From Euprymna scolopes (taxonomy: Eukaryota): 64,000 nt of DNA. Each line of letters opens with the position of its first letter. Position 1 is the first letter of the stretch. Below, piece after piece: positions 38,256 through 51,130 of the stretch. The notes under the pieces are model-generated. The model was not told the origin of the DNA. It saw nothing but the letters and a program-made list of their open reading frames with translations, and searched no databases. The DNA lies in the NCBI GenBank assembly GCA_053919585.1, contig CM132794.1, one strand, 5' to 3'. The position numbers and the translations under genes were made by a program.

Positions 38256-41069
38256 CACTGGGTAACAGCCAAAAAAACGTCATGGATTTTTCAGCTGATT
38301 TAGACTAATGTTAGCGTTCTGAGTCCGAATATCACATTGATTTTGCTCTATCGGGTCAACTTTTTAATATACAGTCATAGGCCTACCTGACGAGCTATAC
38401 ATATGCTAATATCAGGAGTTTTGAGTTCAATCATCTTTTTTCTTAAAGAACATATTGAATTACGGTGCACAGACGCGAATAATATTATGAATAATTAATA
38501 TATTTGTATTTAACATAAATTTATGTGTATAAATATGCATAGCATTTAATTAATATTAAATATATTTTTGTGTGGATTTATGCTAGCGAGGGTTATAGTT
38601 TAGCAAATTTGGGTCATTTTTCCCAAGGACTCCGTAGTGACAATATTGCCTCTTAGATTCTCTCTCATATTCTCATTACCTTAACATCTATTTTCTTTGC
38701 CTTAAATTAACACATTGCGGGTTCAGTGTGTGTTTAGACGTGGAAGTTGGTGCACGCCGGTTTTGTTATGCGGGTTTGTTTCTCTGAGAAAATAGTACAA
38801 TTATGGTATATTCAGTGGCTATAAATCCTAGTACAAATTTATTAACTGTCTATGTTTCAGTATGAGCGTATTTAAAGAGCAGCAAACAGAGGATTCAGCT
38901 TATATTTGTTTATTTTTATTTTTCGAATGTATCGGGTTTTTAGTACAATAAATGGAATTCCCCAATTAGCCAATCAAATCAATACCTGTCTAACCATTAC
39001 TCCATAGGAATATATAAATAAAATACATTCCAAATTTACTTAATTAACCCTTAGCCAGTAAAATTAATTCTAAATTTCATTGTAAGACACTCAGCTGCAT
39101 CTTGTTTTTTCTTTCAGTTTATTGTGATGACTACGGCGCGACGGTCATGCAGGAATAATCCTGACGTGTTCTACTACATCTGCAGAGAATACACGCTGTC
39201 AGGGGACAGGAAGAACATCACAATGTTTCTGAAGTGCGCCTTCAAAGTCAAGCTGGGTGACCAAGATAAGTCCTGGGCACTGCACACGGTGTGCAAGACG
39301 TGCGTGGAATACCTCAAGCGGTGGACGAAGGGAGCAAAACTTCACTGAAGTTTGGGATTCTGATGGTTTGGAGGGAGCCGTTTGACCATGTATCGGATTG
39401 TTACTTCTGTGCCATCAATACTACTGGCATCAACAGGAAGAATCGGCACAGCCTCCAGTACCCCGACCTTCCAACTCCCCTCCGTCCAGTAGCTCACTGC
39501 GAAGAAATTCCTGTACCAGCGTTCACACAGCTTCCCGACAGCGACGACGAAGCCACCACTTCTGACGAGCAAGGATATACAGAAGAGTTCGAGTATGAAG
39601 CATAAGATGGTCCGCAGCTCTTTTCACAATGTGAGCTTAATGATCTGGTTCGGGATCTCAGCTTGTCGAAGACTTCCTCCGATCTGTTGGCCTCCAGACT
39701 TAAAGAGAAAAATCTACTTGGCAAGGACGCGCGTATTACTTACTTTCGTAGAAGGCATGAGAACTATATGGGCTACTTCTGCCAGGAGTAAGACCTCGTG
39801 TACTGCCGAGATATCGTCGGTCTTCTTGTTAAACTCGGCGCTCCTCAATACAATCCGAGAGATTTGACAGCTGCAAGCGCTTTTTAAAGTGTGTGCTCCT
39901 CCACAACGGGAACCAGTTCGCCTCAATCCCTGGTGTACACTCCACAACTCTCAAAGAGAAATATGACGCAGTGAAGTACGTGCTCGACAAAATCCAATAT
40001 ACGCAGCACAAATGGATCATCTGCATCGACTTAAAGATGGTGAACTTTCTGCTTGGTCAGCAGTCCGGGTTCACGAAGTATCCATGCTTTATATGTATGT
40101 GGGACAGTCGAGACAGAGCCCAGCACTATGTAAAGAAAGAGTGGCCGGCGGGAGAGCAGTTAGTACCTGTGGCGAGAAACATCATAAACGAACTTCTTGT
40201 TGACCGGGAGAAGATATTGATCTCACCGCTACACATGGAGCTTGGGTTAATGAAACAGTTTACGCGCGCTCTGGACAAGGATGGGAGGTGCTTCAACTCC
40301 CTATGCTGAGCCTTTCTTCGACTAAGCATTTTCGATGGCCCATAGATACGGCAGCTCATAAAGGACACAGAGTTCCATAACTCCATAGACATCCTAGAGT
40401 ACGCCGCGTGGAAATCGTTTGTGCAGGTTGTGAACAACTTCCTGGGGAACACGAAGGCAGCAAACCACGCCAGACTCATCAGCAGCATGATAGAGACCTT
40501 CCAGAAACTCGGGTGTTTGATGAGTGTAAAGATGCACTTGCTGTTCTCACACATGAGGAAGTTTCCTGGAAACCTTGGGGCGATGAGCGACGAGCAGGGA
40601 GAAAGTTTCCATCAGGACATGCGCCAAATGGAGGAGAGGTACCAGGGAAGGTGGGATACAGTCCTGATGGCGGACTACTGTTGGTCGCTGAGGAGAGACA
40701 ACCAAGCAGTTGATCACACACGATTTATGCCGTGAATTCTGAACTTTTGTGTCATGTAACGCTCATACTTATATTATGATAATTATGCTTATCAAATGTA
40801 ATCGACTAAATAAAAACTGAATGAATTTGGATACGTTGACTTTTATTTCTTGAGGAAAACGGAAAAAATCCTCAGGGGTTTCTCAGCTGATGATCCGCAT
40901 TTTTTTTTTTTTTACGAAACATCGATTTTTTAAAAAATTCTGTAGCAACAAAACCTGACCTGATTGGCAAAACCAAGATCATTTTCGGACTCAGAGCATC
41001 AAAATTAGTCTAATTCAGCTGGAAAAGCCAGGACGATTTTCAAAACATATATTTTTTTGTTACTCAGTG
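38256..41069 (+). mobile_element. Chapaev3-like (CMC superfamily) DNA transposon with complete ends
   Basis: CACTGGGTAACA...TGTTACTCAGTG termini, about 110-bp imperfect TIRs, TTT on both flanks (3-bp TSD). Confidence 0.9.
39127..40735 (+). pseudogene. Chapaev3-type transposase, frameshifted
   Basis: YYIC...CKTC, MVWREP.DHVSDCYFC, ICIDLKMVNFLLGQQSGFTKYPCFICMWDSR, PLHMELGLMKQF, KMHLLFSH, SDEQGESFHQD. A pyrimidine tract and AG at 39105-39117 precede the ORF. Confidence 0.88.
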
Positions 41070-41671
41070 TTTTTATTAGAAGCTGAGCACTTATTAAAAT
41101 TATTTTAGTGTTGAATTTTTCGCATTTTCGTTACATTTGCTACTTTGCAATCCCTCGTAGCCCACTTCAAAAATTTAATACAAGACGAAATTAAACAGAA
41201 TGGTACTCATGCAGAATTTTACCCCCCCCTGATTCTATTTCATTCGACCGAATTCAACCGAGTGTTGTTTAAATGTTGAAACACTAAATCAACATTTTAT
41301 TTATTTTTGTTGCATAATTAATTAATTAATTAAATAATGATGGGAGTATTTTTTCTGTTTATTTTCTTAACATCTGTTGACATATAATTAATTTGTACAT
41401 TTTCTTGAGAAAAAAACAAAACTTTCCTCTAGTTTCACCTAACTATTTACCGTGTTCATATAAAGCATTCACCTTTTCTTTTTATAATAATGATTCCGTT
41501 TGCAAAAAGAAACGTTTACTGCCAATGTTCATTTAAAAAAATGCATGTTTTCCTGCAAAAAACAATTCATGGCAAAAGAGGAATCTTTCTTTGAGGAAAA
41601 AAGTTGCAGAAAATATTAAAAGTAAATAAACTTGCAATTTTTCTTGAGGAATATGTTCCATTTTAACAAAC

Positions 41672-41706
41672 TGAGCCACAGCAACGTGTGGCTGGGTACA
41701 GACAGT
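41672..41706 (+). mobile_element. Helitron 3' terminus
   Basis: Hairpin agccacagcaacgtgtggct followed by gggtacagacagt (degenerate CTAG|T). Confidence 0.6.
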
Positions 41707-41769
41707 AATTAAAATAAACTAACAAAATTGTAATATAATAATTTTACGCCTACAATACTCCCTCTATGT

Positions 41770-42900
41770 CACCCCAAAATCATGATAGAACTTACTGCTA
41801 CTGCTACAATAAGACAGTGAAAAAAAGTGGCTAATAAACAGATAATGATTTAATTAAGTGTAATGTTACCAGCAGGTTCAATTCCATTAGACTATCATTT
41901 CTGTCAGCCGCAACAATTTCCGACATGAGTAGAACAATAAGTCGTGGTTAAGTGCATTGATACTAGCTCCTGTCTGTTGAGTAATGTTTTACATGTATAA
42001 ATTTTATTATAGCTTGATAAAAGTGTTGACCATTACATACCATTACATAAAACAGAAAACATAATAATTTTGCACATTTTTCTAGAAGCGCTGAGTTTAA
42101 AAATAAAATGAATCACATATTTTTTTATATACAGATATGTCGTTTATTCGAAAGATTGATCTTTCGTATTTACATATTACAAAACAATTTTAGGCATATG
42201 ATCCCGCAACCGCGCGCATAAGACGTAGTCAAGAGGGTCAGTTTTCATAAACTGTATGCATAAAACTAGGTTGTGTTCCAACAATAACGCGCCGAATGTT
42301 GTCTTCCAAATGGTCCATTGTGTCTTATTTACCAGTAAAGATGTGGGCCTTTAAAGGCCGCCAAGGCAAGTTATCGAGGGATTGAATCGTACGCAGGTGG
42401 CGGCCTAGTGACTGATCCATCCGTGACAGTATTCGTTCATAAAATTTTTCTCTCAGTAAATTAGTTGTATCATTTGTAATTTGTTAACGCTAGTCGGGCG
42501 TCAACGTCTTCAGTATGAATTACTACGTGAAGCTGAACTTAAAATAATCGAAATTTACCAAATCTGCAATTAAGGAAAACAGAGTTGTCAATTAAAATCT
42601 CGAATAATCTGAAAAATGCATATAAATTTAAAAAATAATTTCTCCAACGATGCATGTATCTGTGTCTTTTCTGTTTGTTGAAACAGTACCTCCGGTCATT
42701 GCATGGGAAAATTTCTGTTTTTTCTTTCGTCTTCATAAGCACTGGCCATTTAGTAATTTTAAAATCGGCTTGTTTTAATGAGCATCCCAGACTGTTTATA
42801 AATTTGATCATATATGGTATTGGAATCAGAAAGAGAGATACATAACATCTTTTATTAGAAATATTTGACATTTAAAAGTAAATTTTACCGTCTATGTTGA
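41770..42900 (-). pseudogene. Decayed GT92-like paralogue split by a mariner fragment
   Basis: ORF 42539-42871 has GCSLK...WPVLMKTKEKTEIFPCNDRRY (cf. GCVLQ...WHLDMISQKEIRTEGLFAALNDCLYR). It resumes at 41.8-42.0 kb with MSEIVAADRN and EPAGNITLN (cf. PELVVEAGNH, PGHGTLN). Confidence 0.6.
42140..42490 (-). mobile_element. Tc1/mariner transposase C-terminal fragment
   Basis: Degenerate WPP.S.D..P...LWG region and LEDNIRRVI remnant. Confidence 0.55.
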
Positions 42901-43069
42901 CGAAGTAACATTTAATCACCTCACAGTTTTTTCTGATGTCTGCAGCGCCAGGAGCTTTATAAATTCACCGGATGAACTGTCATCGATCTCTCATTAGGAT
43001 ACTAAGCTCGACGGAGCTTTTATTTTTTTAGTTACACGAAATTTTCCTTTTAGAATATGAATATGATAA

Positions 43070-43770
43070 TCTATATATCTATAAAAGTGAAATTGTCCGT
43101 GTGTTTGTCTGTCTGTCTGTATGTGTAAATTTCACTTGCAAATTACTCTGTCAATTTTCAGTCTAGTGACCCAGACTTGACATAAGGGGTATTGAGATTT
43201 GGAAAAATCTGTTTAATAAGTTTTCCGCTAGATATTTTGCAGTCAATTGGTCAAACAAGAGACTTGACCTTTGAAAACTCTATACAACTCCTTCGCCAAT
43301 TTTGTGTCTAAACATTTGAAATTTTAGATGAAGTTTCCTTGGACATGGATCAAACATTAGAATTCAAGTTGAGTCCAAAACAATAAATGTTAAGGAGTCA
43401 AAATTAGGGTCAAAATTTAAAAAAACGAGTCTCGACCAATTTTTGGTCTAAACGTTTGACATTTTACATAAAGTGTATTAAGACATAGGTCAAGTTTTTG
43501 AATGGGTTTTTGGCCGAAACATAAGCTGGAAAAGGTCCAAAGTTCAAAAGATTCAACCTTTGCGGTCTTTAGCAAACTATTCAGCAAATTGTGGCCTACC
43601 CATTTTACATATTACATAAAGGTTAGTCAGGCATGCGTCAAGCTTTTTAATAAGGTTCGGGGCAAATATTTGGCTGCAAGGGATTCAAATTTTAAAGAGA
43701 TGATTTTTGAAGATCTACTAATCTCCTCCGCCACTTTTGGGTCTAAACACTTGAAATTTCTGATGTAGGT
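43070..43770 (+). mobile_element. Non-autonomous Helitron, family B
   Basis: A|TCtatatatctataaaagtgaa start plus (gtct)n; inverted homolog of 6697-7130 and 24000-24725. Confidence 0.7.
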
Positions 43771-43793
43771 TACTTTAACACGAGTAAAATATT

Positions 43794-43870
<77 letters not shown>

Positions 43871-44778
43871 CATATGCACATAGGTTATGAACAGTACATA
43901 AGGCTCAAGCAAAGACGAATGAAGCTTCTAGTATGTGTATATATATATGTAAATAAGTATAACGATATACACATATATATAAAGATATATATATATATAC
44001 ATATAAATAAGTNNNNNNNNNNNNNNNNNNNNNNNNNNNNNNNNNNNNNNNNNNNNNNNNNNNNNNNNNNNNNNNNNNNNNNNNNNNNNNNNNNNNNNNN
44101 NNNNNNNNNNNNNNNNNNNNNNNNNNNNNNNNNNNNNNNNNNNNNNNNNNNNNNNNNNNNNNNNNNNNNNNNNNNTAGAAAGGTAGATATACCGAAAGGG
44201 CGACCTAACGTTTGCCGGGATTTGATGAAAATATAAGATTTTTGTAAACCATACATTTAATCTCATCGAACTCGGTGAAATTGCCTATATTGTAATGAAA
44301 AAATTATATACTTCTTTGTTCGTGACCCAATGCGCTGCATTGAGAGAAACTGTTACACACCTAATCGCGGTAACTTATTACATAATGCCTTGTAGTTTAC
44401 ATTGTACTGAAGATAACCTACTGTTTATTTTATAAAACTATATTATATAATGCAATTAAGTAAGTTTAAAATTTACATATCAAGTGTTATGTTTCTATTG
44501 GGCAGTAAACAAAAATATTCGTTCTGCACTCGCCCGTGTTTTGTCAAAGAAAATACTGTTGACTTCATTAAAACGTTGTTATATAATAGTTTTAATTAAA
44601 GTTTAAAATGCAAAACTACAAGCATCATAGTCCAATAGTTATATAAAAATAATCATTCATTTCCAATGCGCCTTTTCTTATAAAAGAACCTTGATTTTGT
44701 TATGACGGGCGTCTCTGCTGGTGCAGTTATTAAACTTGTCAAATTCATTAGTGATGTTAGGTTTTAGAAAATATTAAC

Positions 44779-45326
44779 TTTTAGTCGCGTACACGTGACT
44801 CTATAAGTCACTCCGTCGGTCCGTCGGTTGGTCTAACACTTTGTGCTTGGCTTTTGTGTTAAGATCAAAGGTCCGTTGTAATAGATGCTGTTCTTATCTT
44901 TTTAAGCTTTTCTTGGCCTTTTGGCCAAGATCAAAATGTAGTATCTATTCTTACTACATGCTGTACTTATGTTTGTAACTTTGTGATATAAAGTGGGGGA
45001 TCACTTTTCTGTATTAATCTAATGTAAAATGATCACCCCATTTACAACCATTCAGTCTCAAATCCATTCAAGTCATTCTCCAGATCATTCAATTTATTTT
45101 TGAAAGATTCTAGTTATTTTTTAAGCATTCAAGTCATTCTAAAGGACATTCAATTCATCCTTAAGTTCATTAAATGCATTCTTAGTCATTTACATTTTAT
45201 TTATTTAAGTCATTTCAACCCATTTTTCGGTCATTTTAGTTTATCTTTAAGAATTTAATATCAATCCTACATTTACGCATGGATTCATTACACGAGAGCA
45301 CGCGACTAATGGCTATCGTCCTTGTT
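44779..45326 (+). mobile_element. HINE (Helentron-associated, DINE-1-like) element
   Basis: 5' ttttagtcgcgtacacgtgact palindrome, (ccgtcggt) microsatellite, internal cattcaagt subrepeats, 3' subTIR cacgcgacta and a cttgtt end in a T tract. Confidence 0.8.
44906..44953 (+). pseudogene. U2: U2 snRNA 5' fragment; a more degenerate copy lies at 44845-44898
   Basis: gcttttcttggccttttggccaagatcaaaatgtagtatctattctta vs U2 gcttctcggccttttggctaagatcaagtgtagtatctgttctta; includes stem I and the branch-point recognition sequence GTAGTA. Confidence 0.85.
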
Positions 45327-45684
45327 TTTTTTTCTTAATCGGACTATTTCATGTTTCTTCCTTGTTATTTATGTCACGTTGGAAAAAGTATATTTACGAT
45401 ATTTAAAGATAGGAATCAGTTGATCAATAAAAAGCAAGACACCTTCTAAAACTGTGGGCATTGTGATAGATACCTCCTCCACAACCTCAGCATTAACCCT
45501 AACCCTAAACCCTAAACCACAATATAACAATCTTTTTACTAAGACATTTTTTACTCTATTATCAGCTGTTAATTTCAGCGTATCTTTGTTTTAATCAATA
45601 ATATACCGCTTATACTCGTCTTATTTATTTCTACAAATTGAACTGTGTTAGATTAATGGTATCGATCCCCACTATCTGCAATCA

Positions 45685-45930
45685 CTCGTGGCGAGGATGG
45701 TTGTTCTCCCGTCGGTGAGATTGGGTCTGGTCATTTGTGGGTCATCAAATGGGTGTGGAGGCCGATCCTTGACCCGCAGACTTTATTGCAGTGGCGATAT
45801 GTATGGATGGTCGACTGGGTCGTGGAAAAGGCGGAAGGAGCTGTGTTGGTGGTAGATCTCTCCTTTCCCTGTTTCCTCCTGTATCCGCATTCAGATACAT
45901 GTATAGTTCCACACGCTTTCATAGACCAGA
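45685..45930 (-). mobile_element. RTE-clade LINE 3' end
   Basis: C-terminal finger HCNKVCGSRIGLHTHLMTH is typical of RTE ORF ends. Confidence 0.75.
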
Positions 45931-46389
45931 GTTTATAGATTCAGTCTGTGTAAAATTCCTTACTATTATTTCATTTTTAACTGTGATATATTTTACAAAG
46001 CCTAAATGTTATTACAACTTACAGTTTTGTAGCAAAACCAAACCAATCATGAACCGAAAGGTAAGATCACACCGTTGGTAATATTATTAATATGCACATC
46101 TAATTCTCGTTTCGTAAAAACAATTGTAATTNNNNNNNNNNNNNNNNNNNNNNNNNNNNNNNNNNNNNNNNNNNNNNNNNNNNNNNNNNNNNNNNNNNNN
46201 NNNNNNNNNNNNNNNNNNNNNNNNNNNNNNNNNNNNNNNNNNNNNNNNNNNNNNNNNNNNNNNNNNATTTTTGAAATCCATCTTACGAGTAAAACTAGCA
46301 ATACAGACTTACATTAAATGGTTAAGATGTTTCCTCATTACATTATAACATTATCATATTACATAGATTCTACATTAACATTATTTGAA

Positions 46390-46940
46390 TACAACAATAA
46401 CATTAGACATCGATAATACTGAGCAAACATTTATCTATAATCATGCATTTGTAAAGATACAACGTCAGGCGATAAGGAATAATAGTTATTCAAAATCTAT
46501 TCTTGTAATGTACGCAACCTTCAGCAAGTGTACATTTACTTTGGAGAATATATATGCACATGTTTCACAAGTTTTGCGAAAATAAGAATACGCTATCCAC
46601 GCTCTAAATTTCAATCTATACACATACGTCTTAAAACATTCATAAATGCAACCGTTAAGCTATAGTCACTGTCTACAACTTACCATTCTTTTTATCCGTG
46701 CCTAAATCTTAAGGAAAACTTAAAAGATAACGATTTCTTTGCGAAACAACATATGCTGGGCTGCTTTCTAGTAGTCTTCCAAGTCATCGATTTCCAGTTC
46801 ACATAAGAATTCCTGTTATGCTGTCTTATAAAATATTCTTTTACTCATTTTTGACAACTAACGATTATCTCCGCCTGGCCTAATTGGTCATTCATTAAGC
46901 CTTATGATTGATTGCCCTTCGTCTTTATAAGAGGTAATTT
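46390..46940 (-). pseudogene. Decayed GT92-like paralogue; its upstream part is probably at 48710-48830, beyond the PLE insertion
   Basis: FYKTA*QEFLCELEIDD (cf. LYR...LIDLDE) and SPDVVSLQMHDYR (cf. PADAAILHHYR); YPIHSS...MQM..LQH at 48.8 kb. Confidence 0.45.
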
Positions 46941-46985
46941 TTGTAAGAAAAATGATAAAACATTTAGTAAAGTCAATTAAAAATA

Positions 46986-47064
<79 letters not shown>

Positions 47065-47066
<2 letters not shown>

Positions 47067-48707
47067 CCAGCGATGGTTGACGTTATGTTTTGAGAAAAAT
47101 AGAAAAACCGAATGAAATTATTAAAATGATCAACGTTTCGTCCATATTTCAGAGGACATCTTAAGGATATTGAAGTAAAAATGCAAGAAAATAAAAAGTC
47201 ATAGATCATACGAAAAATAGAACCGTTTCTGAATCCTACCCATGTCGGGAAGGACACATATATGTGTGCGTATGGGAAGGTTGGGTTGTTCGATGTCTAT
47301 ATATACACTTTTAAAAATGCGTTAAATATATATGTACACTTTCCCCCTCCTGTAAACTTATTCATTTTGTTGAAATATTTAAGGAAAAACGGTAAGCCTG
47401 GATCTGTTTTGATATTTTGTTCTTTGATTATTATTTTCCCTATGCTAAGGGCTAAATGGTAGAAGCCTTTTCTTTGCGTAATAGTATTAGTATTTAATAT
47501 TAGTGCTGATTCTAAAAGTCTTCTTTTAGCTCTATCTATCACGTATTTAATAATTTTCGCTTGATCTAAATTAAATGAGTGATCGTGTTCTGCACAATGG
47601 CAAAAGAGTGCATTTAGGGCGTTACCATTCCTTATATCTCTTCTGTGTTCGTAAAGTCTTAATTTCAATTTTCGCTGTGTTTCACCTATGTACGCTTGTT
47701 GACAGTTGTTACATGGGATGGAATATATACCGGCGTTGGATGTGAGGGTTTTGGGAGAGTGCTTGGTAGTTTTTAATGTATGTTTTATTGTTGTGGAAGT
47801 TGTTTGTATCAAGTGAAAACCAAGTCTATTAAGAGTGTCGTAGATTTTTGTATTTTTGGTGTGGGTGGGAATGAAAAGATGTCTGTTTAATAGTGAGGTA
47901 TTTGTTTTATTTTTCTGTCTGTTTATGTTATAGTGTATTTTCGTAGCTTTTTTCTTTGCGTAAGAAATGAAATAGGAGGGATACTGTAGTTTTCTTAAAA
48001 CATTCGTAATATATTGAAATTCATCATTCAGATATTAAGGACTGCATATTCTAAAGGCATGCAAGAAAAAACAGTAATCATGCCAGTCTTTATTTTATCA
48101 TTGTGGTGCGAGTAGTAATGAATATAATCGTTTTTGTGTGTAGTCTTTCTATGTACTTTGAAACTCAGATCGGTTTCTGATCTGATGAGGAGTATGTCTA
48201 GAAAAGCTAGGGAGTGGTCTTGTTCGGATTCATGTGTAAATTTTATAGATCGTTCCACTGAATTTAATTTATTTCTAATTTGTTTCTATTTGTGTGTTTT
48301 TAGGGAGAAAAATAAGAATGTTATCTATATATCTAAAATATGTGGAGTTGTTAGGAAGTCTGTGTTTAAAATAGTTGGTTTCTAAGAATTCTAAGAATAA
48401 GTAGGCTAGTACACCACTAAGGGGGTTACCCATAGGGAGTCCAAATTTCTGTCTGTAGTAAGAATTATTAAACTGAAAGTGGGTTCTATCAGTGATGAGT
48501 TTTATGATTTGTATTAGTGTATCCGAGGAAAAAGGTCGGAGGGTTTTAATTTTGATTAGCTGCTTGTGGAGTAGATCAAAAACTCTGGTGACCTCCTAAA
48601 TAGAATAAAAATATGGACATACAAAAGAAAACCATGCATAGTTTAGACATACTTTCCCTCTGCACCAATATTCCAATGAAAAAATGCCTTAATCCACTCC
48701 AAAAGCA
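47065..48707 (-). mobile_element. Penelope/Poseidon-like element (RT C-half, GIY-YIG and pLTR) with an inverted 5' segment
   Basis: QKFGLPMGNPLSGVLA, LAFLDILL, HYYSHH, AGIYSIPCNNCQQAYIGETQR, RRLLESALI; decayed hammerhead at 47128-47168. Confidence 0.88.
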
Positions 48708-49152
48708 TAAAAGAAATATTACGGTTTTATGCTGCAAATGTTTCCCCTTCATTTGCATGGAATTCTGTAATAATATATCTTTAGTTTAACTACTATGTAT
48801 TGGATAATGATCATTTATCATTTCATTTAATAATGGGTTTAGTCAATTGGCCATTTACTTGTCTTCGTAATTTATTTCAATTGATAATTTGATTCACACT
48901 ATCATAATGCTATGCCACCTAATGTAATTTTTTTCTTATTATACTCCATATTATATTTATTGTGCGTTTATTTTCCCAAGTAAACTGTTATTCTAAAAAT
49001 ATAGCATTAATTATTTATGTTAATTAGCGCAATTGCGAGTAGTTTTAATATCAATAATGTCTGATATAATTTACTTAGTATATAGTAATATTTTCTCCAA
49101 CCAATCTATTCTATTTATTTTCCTTTATTTATAGAAAGTATATATTTATATA

Positions 49153-49207
<55 letters not shown>

Positions 49208-49639
49208 TACAATAAGTTTACCAAGGTAATCAAAATGATAAACTTAAAATATATTATAAATATTAAAGAGTTAATATTTACAAGTAAAGTAATCTAAACC
49301 AGATGTAAAAGCTCAATAAAACCGAAAAGGAAACAGAGCTTATAATATGAACGAATGATTAATAAAACATGTTAAAAACATCTTGAAAAAGAGTTAAAAC
49401 ACTTATCTTGTGCTTCCTTTTAAAAATTAAATATGTTTTTTAACTCTTTTTCAAGATGTTTTTAACACNNNNNNNNNNNNNNNNNNNNNNNNNNNNNNNN
49501 NNNNNNNNNNNNNNNNNNNNNNNNNNNNNNNNNNNNNNNNNNNNNNNNNNNNNNNNNNNNNNNNNNNNNNNNNNNNNNNNNNNNNNNNNNNNNNNNNNNN
49601 NNNNNNNNNNNNNNNNNNNNNNNNNNNNNNTTTAAAATA

Positions 49640-51130
49640 ATTGTAAAGAAATGAACCATCCCGGAGATTCAGTAAACTAAAATAAGCTGAAAAACAGGGT
49701 GAGGAGAAAGAAAAAAATGGTGGAAGGTACATGTAACACATATACAATTCAGTAAAATAAATAAGTCGATTAAAAACGAGATCACTAAAATACACCCGAA
49801 GCGCTTTTCGTTCAGACTAACTTTTCAAAGGTATAAGTCTGAAAAATTATTCTTTTAGAATATTAGGTAGTGGAATGGAGTAAGAGCTGAAAGGTGGTTA
49901 AACATCAGCAATAACAAAAAAATTGTGACTACGTAAATAATTCTTAATGAAGCCGGAGGTTTCTCTGCTTGCACAAAGTAGGGGGGCTAGAAATGATGGC
50001 AAGTGCCTCGAGCATAGACAGGTGGAACTTTGTACGTCCTCGGTGCAGAACAGAAAAAAACACTCCGGAGAGAATGCAAGACCACACTCCTTTTTATCGA
50101 CTAAGTGTTGGCCGCTGGACGATTCTACCGATTTAGACCTTCTGGTAGTATGTTGATGGTCTCGGATGGAGCGAGGAACATGTTGGGCGATTCTGACCTG
50201 AAGACGCTGGGTAATCTCTCCTATATAGATGACACCACACCGACATTGAAATTTGCAAACAATATTGCTTGATTGAGAAATAGGCAAGACGTCCTTACGA
50301 AAAGAGGGAAAGGCGGATTTTGTGGAAAAAACAATTCGGAGGAATAGAGCAACAAAATTAGAAGAAACCATAGAGGAAATCTTATGACCAATAAGTTGGC
50401 CTTCAGGTCCAATCCAGGGTAACTTAAGGTATACCGGGAATCTAGATGGACCATAATTTAGTAGCTCAGAAAAGGATTTAATTTTCTTATTAATAACTTA
50501 GTTTACTAATGGAGGCGGATATCTATTCATGATGAAAATCCTTTTAATGTTGTCAATTTCCAAATCAATAAAAGGTGGGGAACAAATAACAAGTGCCCGA
50601 TGGGTTAGGTTTCTAATAAGGTTAAGTTTCCTGGTTGTGGGTGCAAAGGAATACCAACTAAGATAAAAACCAGTTAAAGTGGGTTTTCTATAAACAGATG
50701 CCATTAAGGAAAGCCCACGTTTAGAAACTAACACATCTAGAGAAGGAAGGGAGTTATGTTTTTCAACCCCCAAAGTAAATTTGAGAGAAGGGTGTAAATT
50801 ATTTAGTAAGTGGAAAAAGGACACAGCTTCATCATGCGTTGCGAAACAAGAAAAAGTGTCATAACCATAACGCATGTAAAATGCTGGTCTGGGGCACTTG
50901 CCAAACAATGCCTGTTCTTAAAAATAAAAACACAAAAATGTTGGCCAAATTTGGGCCAAGGGGAGACCCTATGTATATACCGTCAAACTGGCGATATATC
51001 ACGTCGTTAAAACTAAAGGAAATAGAATTGGTAGCAAGTTCCATGAGTTCAACTAACACCGTCTCAGAAAAAGAGAGGGGGGGCAGGGCCTCTATAAAGT
51101 AAATCAGCACATATATCAATGACCTCCTCA
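49640..51130 (-). mobile_element. Penelope-like element, different family
   Basis: DG..IGSPLGPNLANIF, YMRYGYDTF, LPSLDVLV, VYRKPT.TG, NIVCKFQCRCGVIYIGEITQRL; decayed hammerhead at 49792-49834. Confidence 0.88.

Noticed and set aside
40885-40926. ctgatga...gaaac hammerhead-like match (also ctgatga at 5986 and 25301)
   Set aside because: No stem II pairing or no GAAA; the 40.9-kb match lies in a DNA-transposon subterminal region.
44906-44953. Functional U2 snRNA gene
   Set aside because: Only about 50 nt; no Sm site or 3' stems.
45494-45518. Telomere-like taaccc repeats
   Set aside because: Only about 4 imperfect units; such tracts are common inside small repeats.
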